Counted from the first letter of the stretch, positions 27,757 through 40,536 are shown. The stretch: DNA of 64,000 bases from Acutalibacteraceae bacterium (GCA_045633685.1 JAZQYU010000057.1:16978-80977); one strand, 5' to 3'. Translations and numbers: made by a program. Notes: generated by a model not told the origin, from the sequence alone.

Positions 27757-30288
27757 TCAACCCTCCTGTGTTGTTTCCTGAGTTTCTGTTTCCTGTGCTT
27801 CGGGCTGTTCCTCGCCTTCCTCAGCTTCTTCCTCTTTCTGGGCGGTGGTGAGAGTAACAAGCTTTTCACCGTTTGTTACCTTCATTACACGAACACCCTT
27901 AGAAGGACGTGCAAAGGTGCTGATTGAATCAGCCGCAATTCTGATTATAATTCCGTCTGATGCGATGAGGATAACGTCGTCTGTTTCATCAACATCAGCC
28001 ACAACGGCAATGTCACCGTAGGTTTCGGTGTGGTAGTTGATAAGACCCTTGCCGCCTCTGGACTGAAGACGGTAGTTGTCAAATGAGCTTCGGCGGCCAT
28101 AGCCGGTTTCGCTGACTGTGAGGAGTGTTTTGCTTTCATCAACAACACACATACCCACAACCTCGTCGCCCTCTTTAAGCTCAATGGCTTTAACACCGCG
28201 GGCAGTACGTCCGATGGGTCTTGCATCGTTTTCGTCAAAGCAGATTGACATACCCTTTCTTGTTGCAACAAGAAGGTTGTTGCTGCCGTCGGTAACTCTT
28301 ACCCATGCAAGCTCGTCATCATCATCGAGGTTAATGGCAATAAGGCCTGACTTTCTTACGTTTCTGTAAAGCTCAAGTGCGGAACGCTTGATGATACCCT
28401 TGCGTGTAACCATACAAAGGAACTTGCCCTCATCATCCTGAGGAAGCTTAATCATAGCCGAGATCTTTTCGTCGTTTTCAAGAGGAAGAACATTGACAAT
28501 GTTGATGCCTCTTGAATTTCTTGAAGCTTCGGGCACCTCGTAGCCCTTAAGGCGATAAAGCTTACCCTTGGTGGTGAAGAAAGCAATAACATCGTGAGTT
28601 GAGGCATTGAACATTGTCTGAACATAGTCCTCTTCTCTTCTGGTAAGACCCTTGATGCCCTTACCGCCGCGATTCTGCTTCTGATAAGTGTCAGCAGGCA
28701 TACGCTTGATGTAGCCGAAGTTGGTGAGTGTGAAAACACTGTCCTCTTCAGGAATAAGGTCTTCAATATCAACCTCACCGCTGACATTCATAATTTCTGT
28801 TCTGCGCTCGTCAGCAAACTTGTCTTTGATTTCCATAGCTTCAAGCTTGATGATTTCAAGCACCTTTGAGTGGTTTGCAAGAATTTCAAGGAACTCGGCA
28901 ATCTTCTTTTTAAGGTCTGCAAGTTCATCTTCAATCTTAATTCTTTCAAGGCCTGTCAACTGACCGAGACGCATCTGCACGATTGCCTGAGCCTGAACGT
29001 CGTCAAGGCCGAAGCGCTCCATCAACGCCTCTTTACCTTCTGCTATGCTCTTTGATTTGCGGAGAATTTCAATAACCTCATCAATAAAATCAAGAGCGGT
29101 GAGAAGACCTTCCAGAATGTGAGCTCTTTCCTGAGCTTTTTTGAGGTCAAACTCTGTGCGGCGGCGGATTACGCTGCACTGGAAGTCGATATACTGCTGA
29201 AGAACTTCCTTAAGGGTGAGAATTTTGGGCTCACCGTTAACAATTGCAAGCATAATAACACCGAAGGTTGTCTGCATCTGAGTGTAGGAATAAAGCTGAT
29301 TGAGAACAACCTGAGGGTTAGCGTCACGCTTGAGATCAATGGAAATGTGCATTCCGTGGCGTGAAGAATAGTCGTTAACGTCGGAAATGCCGTCAATTCT
29401 CTTATCTTTAACCAAATCGGCAATAGATTCAATAAGGCGGGCTTTGTTAACTCCGTAGGGAATTTCCGTAACCTGAATCTCAAATCTGCCGTTTTTCTTT
29501 TCAATAATTTCTGCTCTGGCTCTGACGGTGATTTTGCCACGGCCTGTGCCATAAGCGGCGCGGATACCTGCTCTGCCCATAACGATACCGTTGGTGGGGA
29601 AGTCAGGTCCTTTGATGTGCTCCATAATCTCATCGAGAGTGGCATCGGGGTTGTCAATAACGCAGCACATACCGTCAATAACCTCACCCATATTGTGGGG
29701 AGGAATGTTGGTTGCCATACCAACTGCGATACCTGTTGAGCCGTTGACAAGAAGGTTGGGAAACTTTGTGGGAAGAACTGTGGGCTCCTTAAGACGGTCA
29801 TCGTAGTTGGGAGCAAAATCAACTGTGTTCTTGTCAATATCGGTGAGCATTTTAACAGAAATCTTGCTCATTCTTGACTCGGTGTATCGGTAAGCAGCGG
29901 CAGGGTCGCCGTCGATTGAACCGAAGTTACCGTGACCGTCAACGAGAGTGTATCTCATTGAGAAGGACTGGGCAAGTCTTACCATTGCATCATAAACAGA
30001 TGCGTCACCGTGGGGATGGTATCTACCGAGAACAGAACCTACTGTGTCGGCACACTTGCGGTATGCCTTTTCGGGAGTAAGTCCGTTTTCATACATTGTG
30101 TAAAGAATTCTTCTGTGAACGGGCTTAAGACCGTCTCTTACGTCGGGAAGTGCACGGGACACGATAACCGACATTGAATAGTCCAGGAATGACTTTCTCA
30201 TTTCGTTGTCAATGTCAACATTGACAATTTTTGAATTGAGAAGATGTTCCGGAAAATCACTGCGCTGTGCGTCTGCTTTCTTGCTCAA
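27757..30288 (-). CDS. gyrA: DNA gyrase subunit A
   Basis: [23 protein letters not shown], and the QRDR region [17 protein letters not shown] with the active-site AAAYRYTE. An acidic C-terminal tail is present. Confidence 0.97.
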   Translation of the reverse strand: MSKKADAQRSDFPEHLLNSKIVNVDIDNEMRKSFLDYSMSVIVSRALPDVRDGLKPVHRRILYTMYENGLTPEKAYRKCADTVGSVLGRYHPHGDASVYDAMVRLAQSFSMRYTLVDGHGNFGSIDGDPAAAYRYTESRMSKISVKMLTDIDKNTVDFAPNYDDRLKEPTVLPTKFPNLLVNGSTGIAVGMATNIPPHNMGEVIDGMCCVIDNPDATLDEIMEHIKGPDFPTNGIVMGRAGIRAAYGTGRGKITVRARAEIIEKKNGRFEIQVTEIPYGVNKARLIESIADLVKDKRIDGISDVNDYSSRHGMHISIDLKRDANPQVVLNQLYSYTQMQTTFGVIMLAIVNGEPKILTLKEVLQQYIDFQCSVIRRRTEFDLKKAQERAHILEGLLTALDFIDEVIEILRKSKSIAEGKEALMERFGLDDVQAQAIVQMRLGQLTGLERIKIEDELADLKKKIAEFLEILANHSKVLEIIKLEAMEIKDKFADERRTEIMNVSGEVDIEDLIPEEDSVFTLTNFGYIKRMPADTYQKQNRGGKGIKGLTRREEDYVQTMFNASTHDVIAFFTTKGKLYRLKGYEVPEASRNSRGINIVNVLPLENDEKISAMIKLPQDDEGKFLCMVTRKGIIKRSALELYRNVRKSGLIAINLDDDDELAWVRVTDGSNNLLVATRKGMSICFDENDARPIGRTARGVKAIELKEGDEVVGMCVVDESKTLLTVSETGYGRRSSFDNYRLQSRGGKGLINYHTETYGDIAVVADVDETDDVILIASDGIIIRIAADSISTFARPSKGVRVMKVTNGEKLVTLTTAQKEEEAEEGEEQPEAQETETQETTQEG

Positions 30289-30305
30289 AACAAGTCACTC
30301 CTTTC

Positions 30306-33214
<2,909 letters not shown>

Positions 33215-33414
33215 TTTGCCTACTCCTTGAAATAAAATTATATACTTTGTAAGTATAACATATAATAGTTAATTTGTCACCATTTTTTGCAATATTTTTT
33301 ACTTAAATTTTAGGCAAATTTTATTGAATTTAAGCGGTTTTTACCGCTTTTTGAAAAAAATTTCTTTCAGAAGATGTATTAAAGCAAAAAGCAAGGGAAA
33401 AATGATAAAAAGGA

Positions 33415-33672
33415 GTGATAAAAATGAAAAAATTATATATTGCCGCCATCGGCGCAACCATGGCATTATCCCTGTTTTTTGCCGCCTGCGGAGCAAAGGA
33501 TAATATGCCGAACACAACAACCTCAACCACCACAAAATCAACCACAACAACCACTTCAACTACAGCCGCATCAACCACAACAAACAAGCTTCAGGAGGGC
33601 ATCACAAGCGTTTCCAGCAAACTTTCGGAAGCAGGCAGTGATATTAAATCAGAACTCAGCAAAATGCCGTAA
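33415..33672 (+). CDS. Small Thr-rich lipoprotein
   Basis: The signal and lipobox read MKKLYIAAIGATMALSLFFAAC. This is followed by a poly-T/S run (TTTSTTTKSTTTTTSTTAASTTT). Confidence 0.6.
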   Translation: MIKMKKLYIAAIGATMALSLFFAACGAKDNMPNTTTSTTTKSTTTTTSTTAASTTTNKLQEGITSVSSKLSEAGSDIKSELSKMP

Positions 33673-33674
33673 AA

Positions 33675-33698
33675 AAGCCGTGGGTCACCCCACGGCTT
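33675..33698. terminator. Bidirectional hairpin terminator
   Basis: AAGCCGTGGG tcac CCCACGGCTT is flanked by an A-run upstream and a T-run downstream. It sits between convergent genes. Confidence 0.65.
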
Positions 33699-33718
33699 TT
33701 TATAATAAAATACTACAC

Positions 33719-34567
33719 TCACTGCACACTGCCATTTATTTCCTGAACAAAGGTTTTCTCTGTCATATAATCCGAATCATAATACCAGTCTGCAAACACA
33801 TCAAAATCAGCTTCCGTTTCGGTTGTTTTGACTTCTATCGGTTCTTCACTGCTATACACATAAAAATCCTCAGCACAAACCGAAGCCTCGGAATGTACGG
33901 TGTCAAAATACGTTATATTATAAGCGTTTTCATTGATACTCTTTTCTTCGGGCAACAAAATTTTAACCGTTGTTTTTTCAGCGGTAGCCTCTGTTTCATA
34001 ACCAAGATAATCACCGCATCCAATCCAGCCCCTGGTGTAAACAATTATACCCAAAGAGTGGTCACTATCAAGAATAAAAACGTCGTTTTCTTCGTCTTTA
34101 TCGCATTCTTCTATCCAGCTGTAAACCTCGGGCTGAAGCTGTTGAACTTCTTCTTTCGTCAATTCGGTTGTTGAAACAGGCTCATCCTTAAGAACATCCA
34201 TACCAAACACAACCATCAAAACAGAAACAGCAACACAAAGCACAACCGAAACCGCAAAAGCTGCCTTTTCTGACTTCCGGGTTTTCAACTCATTTCTTTT
34301 TTCTATTGGCGATGAACAATCGGGGCAAAAACGCCAGTTGTTATAGCCAATCTTTCCGCATTTCTGACAAACTGACTTAACCTTTTCCTTGCGGACAATC
34401 ACATAAAATAACAGTGTGGGAACAAGAACAATCGCCGTACCCAGAGACCAACGGCCTGCTTTCATTCCCCTTGCCTTTGCATCGTCATACACACGAAAAC
34501 ACGCTATCAGCCTGATTACAAGCCACACAGCGGCAAAGCCTACGGTAATAAAAATATTTTCTGCCAT
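33719..34567 (-). CDS. Paralog array member 5: 2-TM module + zinc ribbon + TM + extracytoplasmic domain
   Basis: YDDAKARGMKAGRWSL..LLFYVIVRK, then CQKCG..x11..CPDC, then a TM helix, then YSWIEECDKDEENDVFILD..VYTRGWIG..NITYF. Confidence 0.7.
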   Translation of the reverse strand: MAENIFITVGFAAVWLVIRLIACFRVYDDAKARGMKAGRWSLGTAIVLVPTLLFYVIVRKEKVKSVCQKCGKIGYNNWRFCPDCSSPIEKRNELKTRKSEKAAFAVSVVLCVAVSVLMVVFGMDVLKDEPVSTTELTKEEVQQLQPEVYSWIEECDKDEENDVFILDSDHSLGIIVYTRGWIGCGDYLGYETEATAEKTTVKILLPEEKSINENAYNITYFDTVHSEASVCAEDFYVYSSEEPIEVKTTETEADFDVFADWYYDSDYMTEKTFVQEINGSVQ

Positions 34568-34633
34568 AATATCCCTCCTTTTAACTCAATAGTATCACTT
34601 TTCCCGCAAAATACAAGTATGGCTCGGCAATTT

Positions 34634-35431
34634 TTACCAGAAAATTATGCCTTCTTCGGTAAGCTTGACCTCCACCTGCTCATCCCCTGAATAAGCTTCA
34701 ATGCAGTCGAAATTTTTCTCAACGCCCCTCACAACGGTTATGTTGTAACCGTCGCTGACGATGAACTCTCCTTGCGGCAGTTTTATGTTCACTTCCGTTG
34801 CACCGAAGAAGTTGCTTTTGCCCGAAAGCTTCAATTCTGCACCTTCAGCAATCCAGCCTTTGGTGTAAATAACCGCAACGTCTCTGTATTCACTGTAATC
34901 AACAAAAACATCATGCTCCTTGTCCTTGTCGCACTCCTTTACCCACTCATAGGCTGTGGGATATTCAACCGCAAGCTCTTCAATTGTGTAAACCTGTTTT
35001 TTAAATTCGCCGATAGGAGAGCTTGAAAAAAGCACCGTACAAACCAGACATACGCACACGGTCAACGGCAAAAGCACATAAAGGGCAATAGCTCCTTTCA
35101 GCGGTGCTTTGCTCTGTTGAACAACAGCTTCTTTTTGCAAACCGGTCAAATCAACCGAACACACGGGGCAGAAATCCCAGCCTGTTTTAACCTCGCCGCC
35201 GCAAGAAGGACACTTGCTGTTTCTGTCATCTTTCTTTATGGCGATGTATATAATGAACCCCAACAAGCTGAGCAAAGAGAGCCACACCCATTTGCCCGCT
35301 TTCATTCCCCTTCTTTGAGCATCTTTAAAAATATAAATTGCTATCACAATGGATGTAATCTGCCACGAAAGAGTGGCAAAAGCAACCAACGCCAACACTC
35401 CGTGCAAAACGAAAAAAGATAAAAAAGCCAT
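34634..35431 (-). CDS. Paralog array member 4: 2-TM module + zinc ribbon + TM + extracytoplasmic domain
   Basis: FKDAQRRGMKAGKWVWL..IIYIAIKK, then CPSCG..x10..CPVC, then a TM helix, then YEWVKECDKDKEHDVFVD..IYTKGWIA..NITVV. Confidence 0.7.
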   Translation of the reverse strand: MAFLSFFVLHGVLALVAFATLSWQITSIVIAIYIFKDAQRRGMKAGKWVWLSLLSLLGFIIYIAIKKDDRNSKCPSCGGEVKTGWDFCPVCSVDLTGLQKEAVVQQSKAPLKGAIALYVLLPLTVCVCLVCTVLFSSSPIGEFKKQVYTIEELAVEYPTAYEWVKECDKDKEHDVFVDYSEYRDVAVIYTKGWIAEGAELKLSGKSNFFGATEVNIKLPQGEFIVSDGYNITVVRGVEKNFDCIEAYSGDEQVEVKLTEEGIIFW

Positions 35432-35451
35432 ATTATGCCTCCCTTAAACAG

Positions 35452-35561
35452 GCTTCTCCTCGAGGAGAAGGGGGACCGCTTGCGGTGGATGAGGTGTTAA
35501 TTTAACACCTGCTTTGACACCTCATCAGTCACTTCGTGACAGCTTCTCCTCGAGGAGAAGC
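35452..35561. mobile_element. 110-bp MITE-like element: two back-to-back double-hairpin terminal inverted repeats with no ORF
   Basis: The left arm (35452-35497) is GCTTCTCCTcgaGGAGAAG + ACCGCttGCGGT + GGATGAGGTGT. The right arm (reverse complement of 35517-35561) is GCTTCTCCTcgaGGAGAAGC + TGTCACgaaGTGAC + TGATGAGGTGT. The 18-20 bp palindrome occurs at 35453-35470 and at 35542-35561. This is the same architecture as the arms flanking the DUF559 gene at 53.05-53.5 kb. Confidence 0.6.
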
Positions 35562-35571
35562 CTGAATCAAT

Positions 35572-35994
35572 TCAGCCAAAGAAAAGCGCTATATGCACTG
35601 CGATAAAAACCAACATTGCAACAACAGAAGCCACTGTGCCGGCCTTCACAAGAGCCTTAACTGAAGGCTTTTCTTCGGGTCTCACTTCTTCAAGCTTTAC
35701 TTTGCATTCAGGGCAAACCTCACAGCCTTCAGGTGTTTTTGCAAAGCACTTGGGGCAAACCTCCTGCAACCTTTTGCGCCTTGCCGCAAGGAATGCGTAC
35801 ACCCCGACAAAGCGGAAAAGAAGGCACATAACCACCCACAAAAAGGTGTTCATTCTGTATTCTTTTGCGCGACGGTATATCAAAATGCTCAACACAATCG
35901 GCACAACCGCATACAGCAAATATAAAAAGCAAGCTATCCAAAAAATCGCCATCAACGGCAAGGTAACAAGTAAGCTTACAAGCATTGCACCCAT
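35572..35994 (-). CDS. Paralog array member 3 (short form): TM module + zinc ribbon + C-terminal TM, no extracytoplasmic domain
   Basis: IYRRAKEYRMNTFLWVV..AFLAARRK, then CPKCFAKTPEGCEVCPEC, then a TM helix. Confidence 0.65.
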   Translation of the reverse strand: MGAMLVSLLVTLPLMAIFWIACFLYLLYAVVPIVLSILIYRRAKEYRMNTFLWVVMCLLFRFVGVYAFLAARRKRLQEVCPKCFAKTPEGCEVCPECKVKLEEVRPEEKPSVKALVKAGTVASVVAMLVFIAVHIALFFG

Positions 35995-36006
35995 ATATTA
36001 TCCCTC

Positions 36007-36387
36007 CTACGAAGAAATTGCAAAAAATGAAAACAACGTCACACCAATGGAAATAATTGCACAAATGATGATAAAAGCCTTGGGTATCAGCTTCATTTTA
36101 GGTCGTACTTCTTCCAACCTTGCATTGCATTCGGGGCAAAATTCACTGCCCTCGGGTGTCCCTGCAAAGCACACAGGGCAGACATCCTGAAATTGACTTC
36201 GCCTTGCATAAAGAAATGCACACAATCCCACAAAATTAAAAACAACCCCCACAATCACCCATAGCTTGGTATTCATTCTGTATTGCTTAGACTTGCGGTA
36301 TATGTATATTCCGATTACACTCACCATAACCGCATACCAGAAATACATAAAAACAGTTGTTATTATCGACACAAGCATTGTGAACAC
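36007..36387 (-). CDS. Paralog array member 2 (short form): TM module + zinc ribbon + C-terminal TM
   Basis: GTG start with GGAGGG 6 nt upstream. IYRKSKQYRMNTKLWVI..AFLYARR, then CPVCFAGTPEGSEFCPEC, then a TM helix. Confidence 0.65.
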   Translation of the reverse strand: MFTMLVSIITTVFMYFWYAVMVSVIGIYIYRKSKQYRMNTKLWVIVGVVFNFVGLCAFLYARRSQFQDVCPVCFAGTPEGSEFCPECNARLEEVRPKMKLIPKAFIIICAIISIGVTLFSFFAISS

Positions 36388-36427
36388 AAATATCCCTCCT
36401 TTAGCTCAATAATATCACTTTACCCTA

Positions 36428-36482
36428 TAAAAAACAAGCAACCGAAGTTTACATCCTCGCAAAAAAGTGTAAACTTCGGTTG
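36428..36482 (-). terminator. Rho-independent terminator after array member 1
   Basis: A 15-bp stem CAACCGAAGTTTACA / TGTAAACTTCGGTTG is followed by CTTGTTTTTT on the minus strand. Confidence 0.55.
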
Positions 36483-36492
36483 GAATTTATAA

Positions 36493-37236
36493 TTATTCTA
36501 ACAAAACATCAATATCAGCAACGGTCTCACAAACAACTATTTCTTTTTCATCGTCGCCCCATACCTCGTAGCAATCGTCTTCATAATATTGCTCTTGGTC
36601 AACGTTTACCGTTTTGAAATAAGTGATATTTTGCGCTGTGGGCTCTGTGCTTTCATCAGGTAATTTCAGGCTGATGACTTTTCTTGTTGAATCAATGCCA
36701 ATCTCTGAATATTCCAGCTTTTCTTCCGGCCCAATCCTACCTTTTGTATAAACCAATTCGCCCACTGAATCATTATTGCGCAAAACAAAAACATCATTGT
36801 CTTGGTCTTGGTTGCATTCTTCAATCCATTGTGCAATTTCGGGGCTTTTGAATTTAACTGTTTCGATTGAAACGGTGGTTGAAGTCAGCTCATATTTTTC
36901 CATTTCAGTTCCGCTGACATAGCCTAACGCCATAAAATTCATAACTACCGCAATAATACAGACAAAAAGTGAAACCAGCAACGCAGGAACGCTTGATTTT
37001 TTGTGACCCTCGGCGAGGAATTCATCATCAATTTTTGTGCATTTCGGCTTTTTAACTGTGGCATAAACAGCAAGAGCAAACACGTGAAAAACTGCGGCAA
37101 GAAACACCCACAGCTTAGTGTTCATCCTTCTTTTTTGCGAGTCAGCAAAAATATAGAAACAGGCAAAAACGGAAATCACAAACAATACAAAAACAATAAA
37201 AATAACTTTGTCAGCAGTAAAAAAGATGCTTCCCAT
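36493..37236 (-). CDS. Paralog array member 1: 2-TM module + TM + extracytoplasmic domain, zinc ribbon absent
   Basis: IFADSQKRRMNTKLWVF..AVYATVKK, with no CxxC pairs. This is followed by a TM helix, then AQWIEECNQDQDNDVFVL..VYTKGRIG..NITYF. Confidence 0.65.
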   Translation of the reverse strand: MGSIFFTADKVIFIVFVLFVISVFACFYIFADSQKRRMNTKLWVFLAAVFHVFALAVYATVKKPKCTKIDDEFLAEGHKKSSVPALLVSLFVCIIAVVMNFMALGYVSGTEMEKYELTSTTVSIETVKFKSPEIAQWIEECNQDQDNDVFVLRNNDSVGELVYTKGRIGPEEKLEYSEIGIDSTRKVISLKLPDESTEPTAQNITYFKTVNVDQEQYYEDDCYEVWGDDEKEIVVCETVADIDVLLE

Positions 37237-37321
37237 TTTAAAACCTCCTTAAAGGAATGTCGCAATTAAATTCCGAATTACGCATTACAAATTGCGAATT
37301 TCAACACAAGGGAGCCGGGAT

Positions 37322-38680
37322 TTAGTTCTTCAACGAATGCATCGGCGCGGGGATTCTGCCGCCGCGGGCAATGAAATCCTTTGCAGAATATTTGTTAACG
37401 GGCATAACGGGGGCACTTCCGAGAAGTCCGCCGTATTCAACCTCGTCGCCTGTGCTCTTGCCCTCAACGGGGATAATTCGCACAGCCGTTGTTTTCATAT
37501 TCACAACGCCGATAGCCGATTCGTCGGCAATAATTGCCGAAATTGTTGCGGCATCGGTGTCACCGGGCACGGCAATCATACCAAGACCAACGGAGCAAAC
37601 GCAGGTCATTGCCTCAAGCTTTTCAATGCTCAATGCGCCAACCTTAACAGCTTCAATCATACCCTCATCTTCAGATACGGGGATGAATGCACCGCTGAGG
37701 CCGCCAACATGGGATGAAGCCATAACGCCGCCCTTTTTAACGGCATCGTTAAGCATGGCAAGTGCGGCAGTTGTGCCGTGGGTTCCGCAATGCTCAAGAC
37801 CCATTTCTTCCAAAATTCTTGCCACGCTGTCACCCTTTGCAGGTGTGGGAGCAAGAGAAAGGTCAACAATGCCGAACTGAACGCCCAAACGCTTTGAAGC
37901 CTCCTGAGCCACAAGCTGACCCATTCGGGTGATTCTGAAAGCAGTTTTCTTAATTGTTTCGGCAACAATGTCAAAGCTTTCACCCTTGATGCTTTTTAAC
38001 GCGTGGTGAACAACGCCGGGACCTGAAACGCCGACATTAACAACGCACTCAGCCTCACCAACGCCGTGGAATGCGCCCGCCATAAAGGGGTTGTCCTCAA
38101 CAGCGTTTGCAAACACAACAAGCTTTGCACAGCCGAGACCGTCGGTGTCTTTGGTGAGCTCTGCGCACTTTTTAACCACTCTGCCCATTTCGGCAACGGC
38201 ATCCATATTGATGCCCGCCTTGGTTGATGCAACGTTAACCGAAGCGCAAACTCTTTCGGTCACGGCAAGGGCTTCGGGAATTGATTTAATTAAGTTTCTG
38301 TCACCCTTGGTGTAACCCTTGTGCACGAGGGCGGAAAAGCCGCCGATGAAGTTAACACCGCATTCCTTGGCAGCCTTGTCAAGGGCCTTGGCAATGGGAA
38401 CATAGTTATCGGTGTCGCAGCTTTCTGCAATCATTGAAATGGGGGTAACAGAAATGCGCTTGTTGACAATGGGAATTCCAAGCTCAAGCTCAATCTGCTC
38501 TGCCACAGGCACAAGATTGCGGGCGCAGGAAACGATTTTGTTATAAATTTTGTCACAGCATTTATCAATGTCGCTGTCACAGCAATCACGCAAGGAAATG
38601 CCCATTGTGATTGTTCTGATGTCGAGATGCTGACTGTCAATCATCTCGTTGGTCTGCATAATATCTGAAATATTTATCAC
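37322..38680 (-). CDS. UPF0210 (DUF711, PFL-like) protein
   Basis: [15 protein letters not shown] at the N-terminus; 452 aa. It is paired with the upstream ACT protein, which is typical for UPF0237/UPF0210. Confidence 0.85.
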   Translation of the reverse strand: MINISDIMQTNEMIDSQHLDIRTITMGISLRDCCDSDIDKCCDKIYNKIVSCARNLVPVAEQIELELGIPIVNKRISVTPISMIAESCDTDNYVPIAKALDKAAKECGVNFIGGFSALVHKGYTKGDRNLIKSIPEALAVTERVCASVNVASTKAGINMDAVAEMGRVVKKCAELTKDTDGLGCAKLVVFANAVEDNPFMAGAFHGVGEAECVVNVGVSGPGVVHHALKSIKGESFDIVAETIKKTAFRITRMGQLVAQEASKRLGVQFGIVDLSLAPTPAKGDSVARILEEMGLEHCGTHGTTAALAMLNDAVKKGGVMASSHVGGLSGAFIPVSEDEGMIEAVKVGALSIEKLEAMTCVCSVGLGMIAVPGDTDAATISAIIADESAIGVVNMKTTAVRIIPVEGKSTGDEVEYGGLLGSAPVMPVNKYSAKDFIARGGRIPAPMHSLKN

Positions 38681-38693
38681 AACGATTCACCTC

Positions 38694-38966
38694 TCAGATT
38701 TTGTGCATTGAATTAAAAATATCTTCACGCTGAATGCGGATGGAAAGGCTCATTTCTTCGCCCTTTGCGTCAAGCTTTTCGCTGATTTCACCAAAAGAAA
38801 GGTCACTTCCCTTTGTATCGGTGAGCATAACCATGGTGAAAAAGTCATCCTGCATAACGGTCTGATTGATGTCAATAATATTAACCTTCATCTGAGCAAG
38901 AAGAGTGCAGATTTCGGCAATGATGCCCACTCTGTCTTTACCCACAACTGTAACTATTGCTCTCAT
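38694..38966 (-). CDS. ACT domain protein (UPF0237)
   Basis: MRAIVTVVGKDRVGIIAEICTLLAQMKVNIIDINQTVM. The length is 90 aa. Confidence 0.85.
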   Translation of the reverse strand: MRAIVTVVGKDRVGIIAEICTLLAQMKVNIIDINQTVMQDDFFTMVMLTDTKGSDLSFGEISEKLDAKGEEMSLSIRIQREDIFNSMHKI

Positions 38967-38968
38967 TT

Positions 38969-39388
38969 TTATTCCTCCACTACAAGTTTTGTATATCCCG
39001 TGCCTTCAATACAAACACTGCATTTTGCACTCACTGTGCCGTCTTCGTTTTCGGTTGAATATTCAACCATCCATACATCCTCTGTCTGGTCATAAAAAAA
39101 TCTGATGGTGTTGTAGCTGAATCCGTCGGGAAGCTCTTTTGATGCCAAATCCTTAGCATCGGTTTTGTTATGAAATTCTTTGGCCTGAGTGTTAACAAAG
39201 CCTTCGGTTTTGGCTGTATCGGTATGCTCCTTTTTAAAATCGCTGAAATCAAAGAAATTCACCGTGTTGAACTCAACAACGCCATGCTCATCATCCTTGA
39301 TGGTCTGCATACCAAGGTCGTCACCATTGCACCCTGCAAAGCAAAATACAAAAACAACAAGCAATAATGCAACTGCTTTTTTCATCAT
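38969..39388 (-). CDS. Hypothetical lipoprotein
   Basis: MMKKAVALLLVVFVFCFAGC provides the lipobox. The start overlaps the rfbB stop codon (ATGA). Confidence 0.6.
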   Translation of the reverse strand: MMKKAVALLLVVFVFCFAGCNGDDLGMQTIKDDEHGVVEFNTVNFFDFSDFKKEHTDTAKTEGFVNTQAKEFHNKTDAKDLASKELPDGFSYNTIRFFYDQTEDVWMVEYSTENEDGTVSAKCSVCIEGTGYTKLVVEE

Positions 39389-40398
39389 TCATCAAACTCC
39401 CTGTAATTTTTGTATTCACCTGAAAGAATATTCTGCCACCAGGCTTCATTTTCAAGATACCATTTGATTGTTTTCTGAATTCCCTCGTTAAAAAGTGTTT
39501 CGGGGTACCAGCCAAGCTCATTTTTGATTTTTTCGGGATCAATTGCATAGCGCATATCGTGACCCGGTCTGTCGGTCACATAAGTAATAAGACTTTCATC
39601 CTTGCCGACAGCCTTGATAATTGTTTTAACAACCTCGATGTTTGCTTTTTCGTTGTGGCCGCCGATGTTGTAAACCTCACCGATTCTGCCGTTTTCAAGA
39701 ATCATATCAATGGCCTTGCAATGGTCGTCAACATAAAGCCAGTCGCGCACATTGAGACCCTCACCGTAAACAGGAAGCTTTTTGTCGGCAAGAGCGTTGG
39801 CAATCATAACGGGAATCAGCTTTTCAGGGAACTGATAGGGGCCGTAGTTATTGGAGCAACGTGAGATTGTTACAGGCGTTTTAAATGTGCGGTGATATGC
39901 CATAACAAGCAAATCCGCAGAGGCCTTGCTTGCAGAATACGGAGAAGATGTGTGGATAGGTGTATCCTCAGTGAAGAAAAGGTCAGGGCGGTCAAGGGGA
40001 AGGTCACCGTAAACCTCATCGGTGGAAACCTGATGATAACGGGGAACACCGAATTTGTTGGTTGCATCAAGAAGCACCTGGGTGCCGAGGATGTTTGTTC
40101 TCAGAAATACCTCGGGGTCTTCAATTGAACGGTCAACGTGGCTTTCTGCCGCAAAGTTAACAACGGCATCAAATTTTTCTTCTTCAAAAAGAGAAAAAAC
40201 AAGCTCTCTGTCGGTAATGCTTCCAAGCACAAAGCGGAAGTTGTCACATCTTGCATCGTCAAGGGTGTGGAGATTGCCGGCATAAGTGAGGGCGTCAAGG
40301 CACACAAGACGGTAATCAGGATGCTTTTTCTGCATATAGAAGATGAAATTGCTGCCGATAAAACCGGCGCCGCCTGTTACGAGAATATTTTTAGACAT
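39385..40398 (-). CDS. rfbB: dTDP-glucose 4,6-dehydratase
   Basis: The start is taken at MSKNILVTGGAGFIGSNF (GGAGAGGAG RBS). Also present are YSASKASADLLV and the C-terminus WWQNILSGEY. Confidence 0.9.
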   Translation of the reverse strand: MSKNILVTGGAGFIGSNFIFYMQKKHPDYRLVCLDALTYAGNLHTLDDARCDNFRFVLGSITDRELVFSLFEEEKFDAVVNFAAESHVDRSIEDPEVFLRTNILGTQVLLDATNKFGVPRYHQVSTDEVYGDLPLDRPDLFFTEDTPIHTSSPYSASKASADLLVMAYHRTFKTPVTISRCSNNYGPYQFPEKLIPVMIANALADKKLPVYGEGLNVRDWLYVDDHCKAIDMILENGRIGEVYNIGGHNEKANIEVVKTIIKAVGKDESLITYVTDRPGHDMRYAIDPEKIKNELGWYPETLFNEGIQKTIKWYLENEAWWQNILSGEYKNYREFDE

Positions 40399-40478
40399 AG
40401 GATTACTCCTCTCCGTTTTCATAATCGGTTATATTATACTATATAATGACAAAAAATAAAAGTATATTTTTATTTCCC

Positions 40479-40506
40479 TTGAAATTTATTTTTATTGTGC
40501 TAAAAT
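40479..40506 (+). promoter_or_regulatory. Candidate sigma-A promoter
   Basis: TTGAAA (40479-40484), a 16-nt spacer, then tgc TAAAAT (40501-40506). Confidence 0.4.
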
Positions 40507-40536
40507 AATGCTGTTAAGTTGAAAGGAAGTGCTGTT

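Noticed and set aside
33215-33414. Possible replication origin next to gyrB
   Set aside because: There is no dnaA, dnaN or recF, and no TTATCCACA-type DnaA boxes in the AT-rich divergent region. It reads like ordinary promoters.
33330-34174. Track ORFs 33330..33587 (-), 33341..33559 (-) and 33440..34174 (+, 244 aa)
   Set aside because: These are shadow frames of the Thr-rich lipoprotein gene and of array member 5. They have repetitive V/Q/P-rich translations and no RBS.
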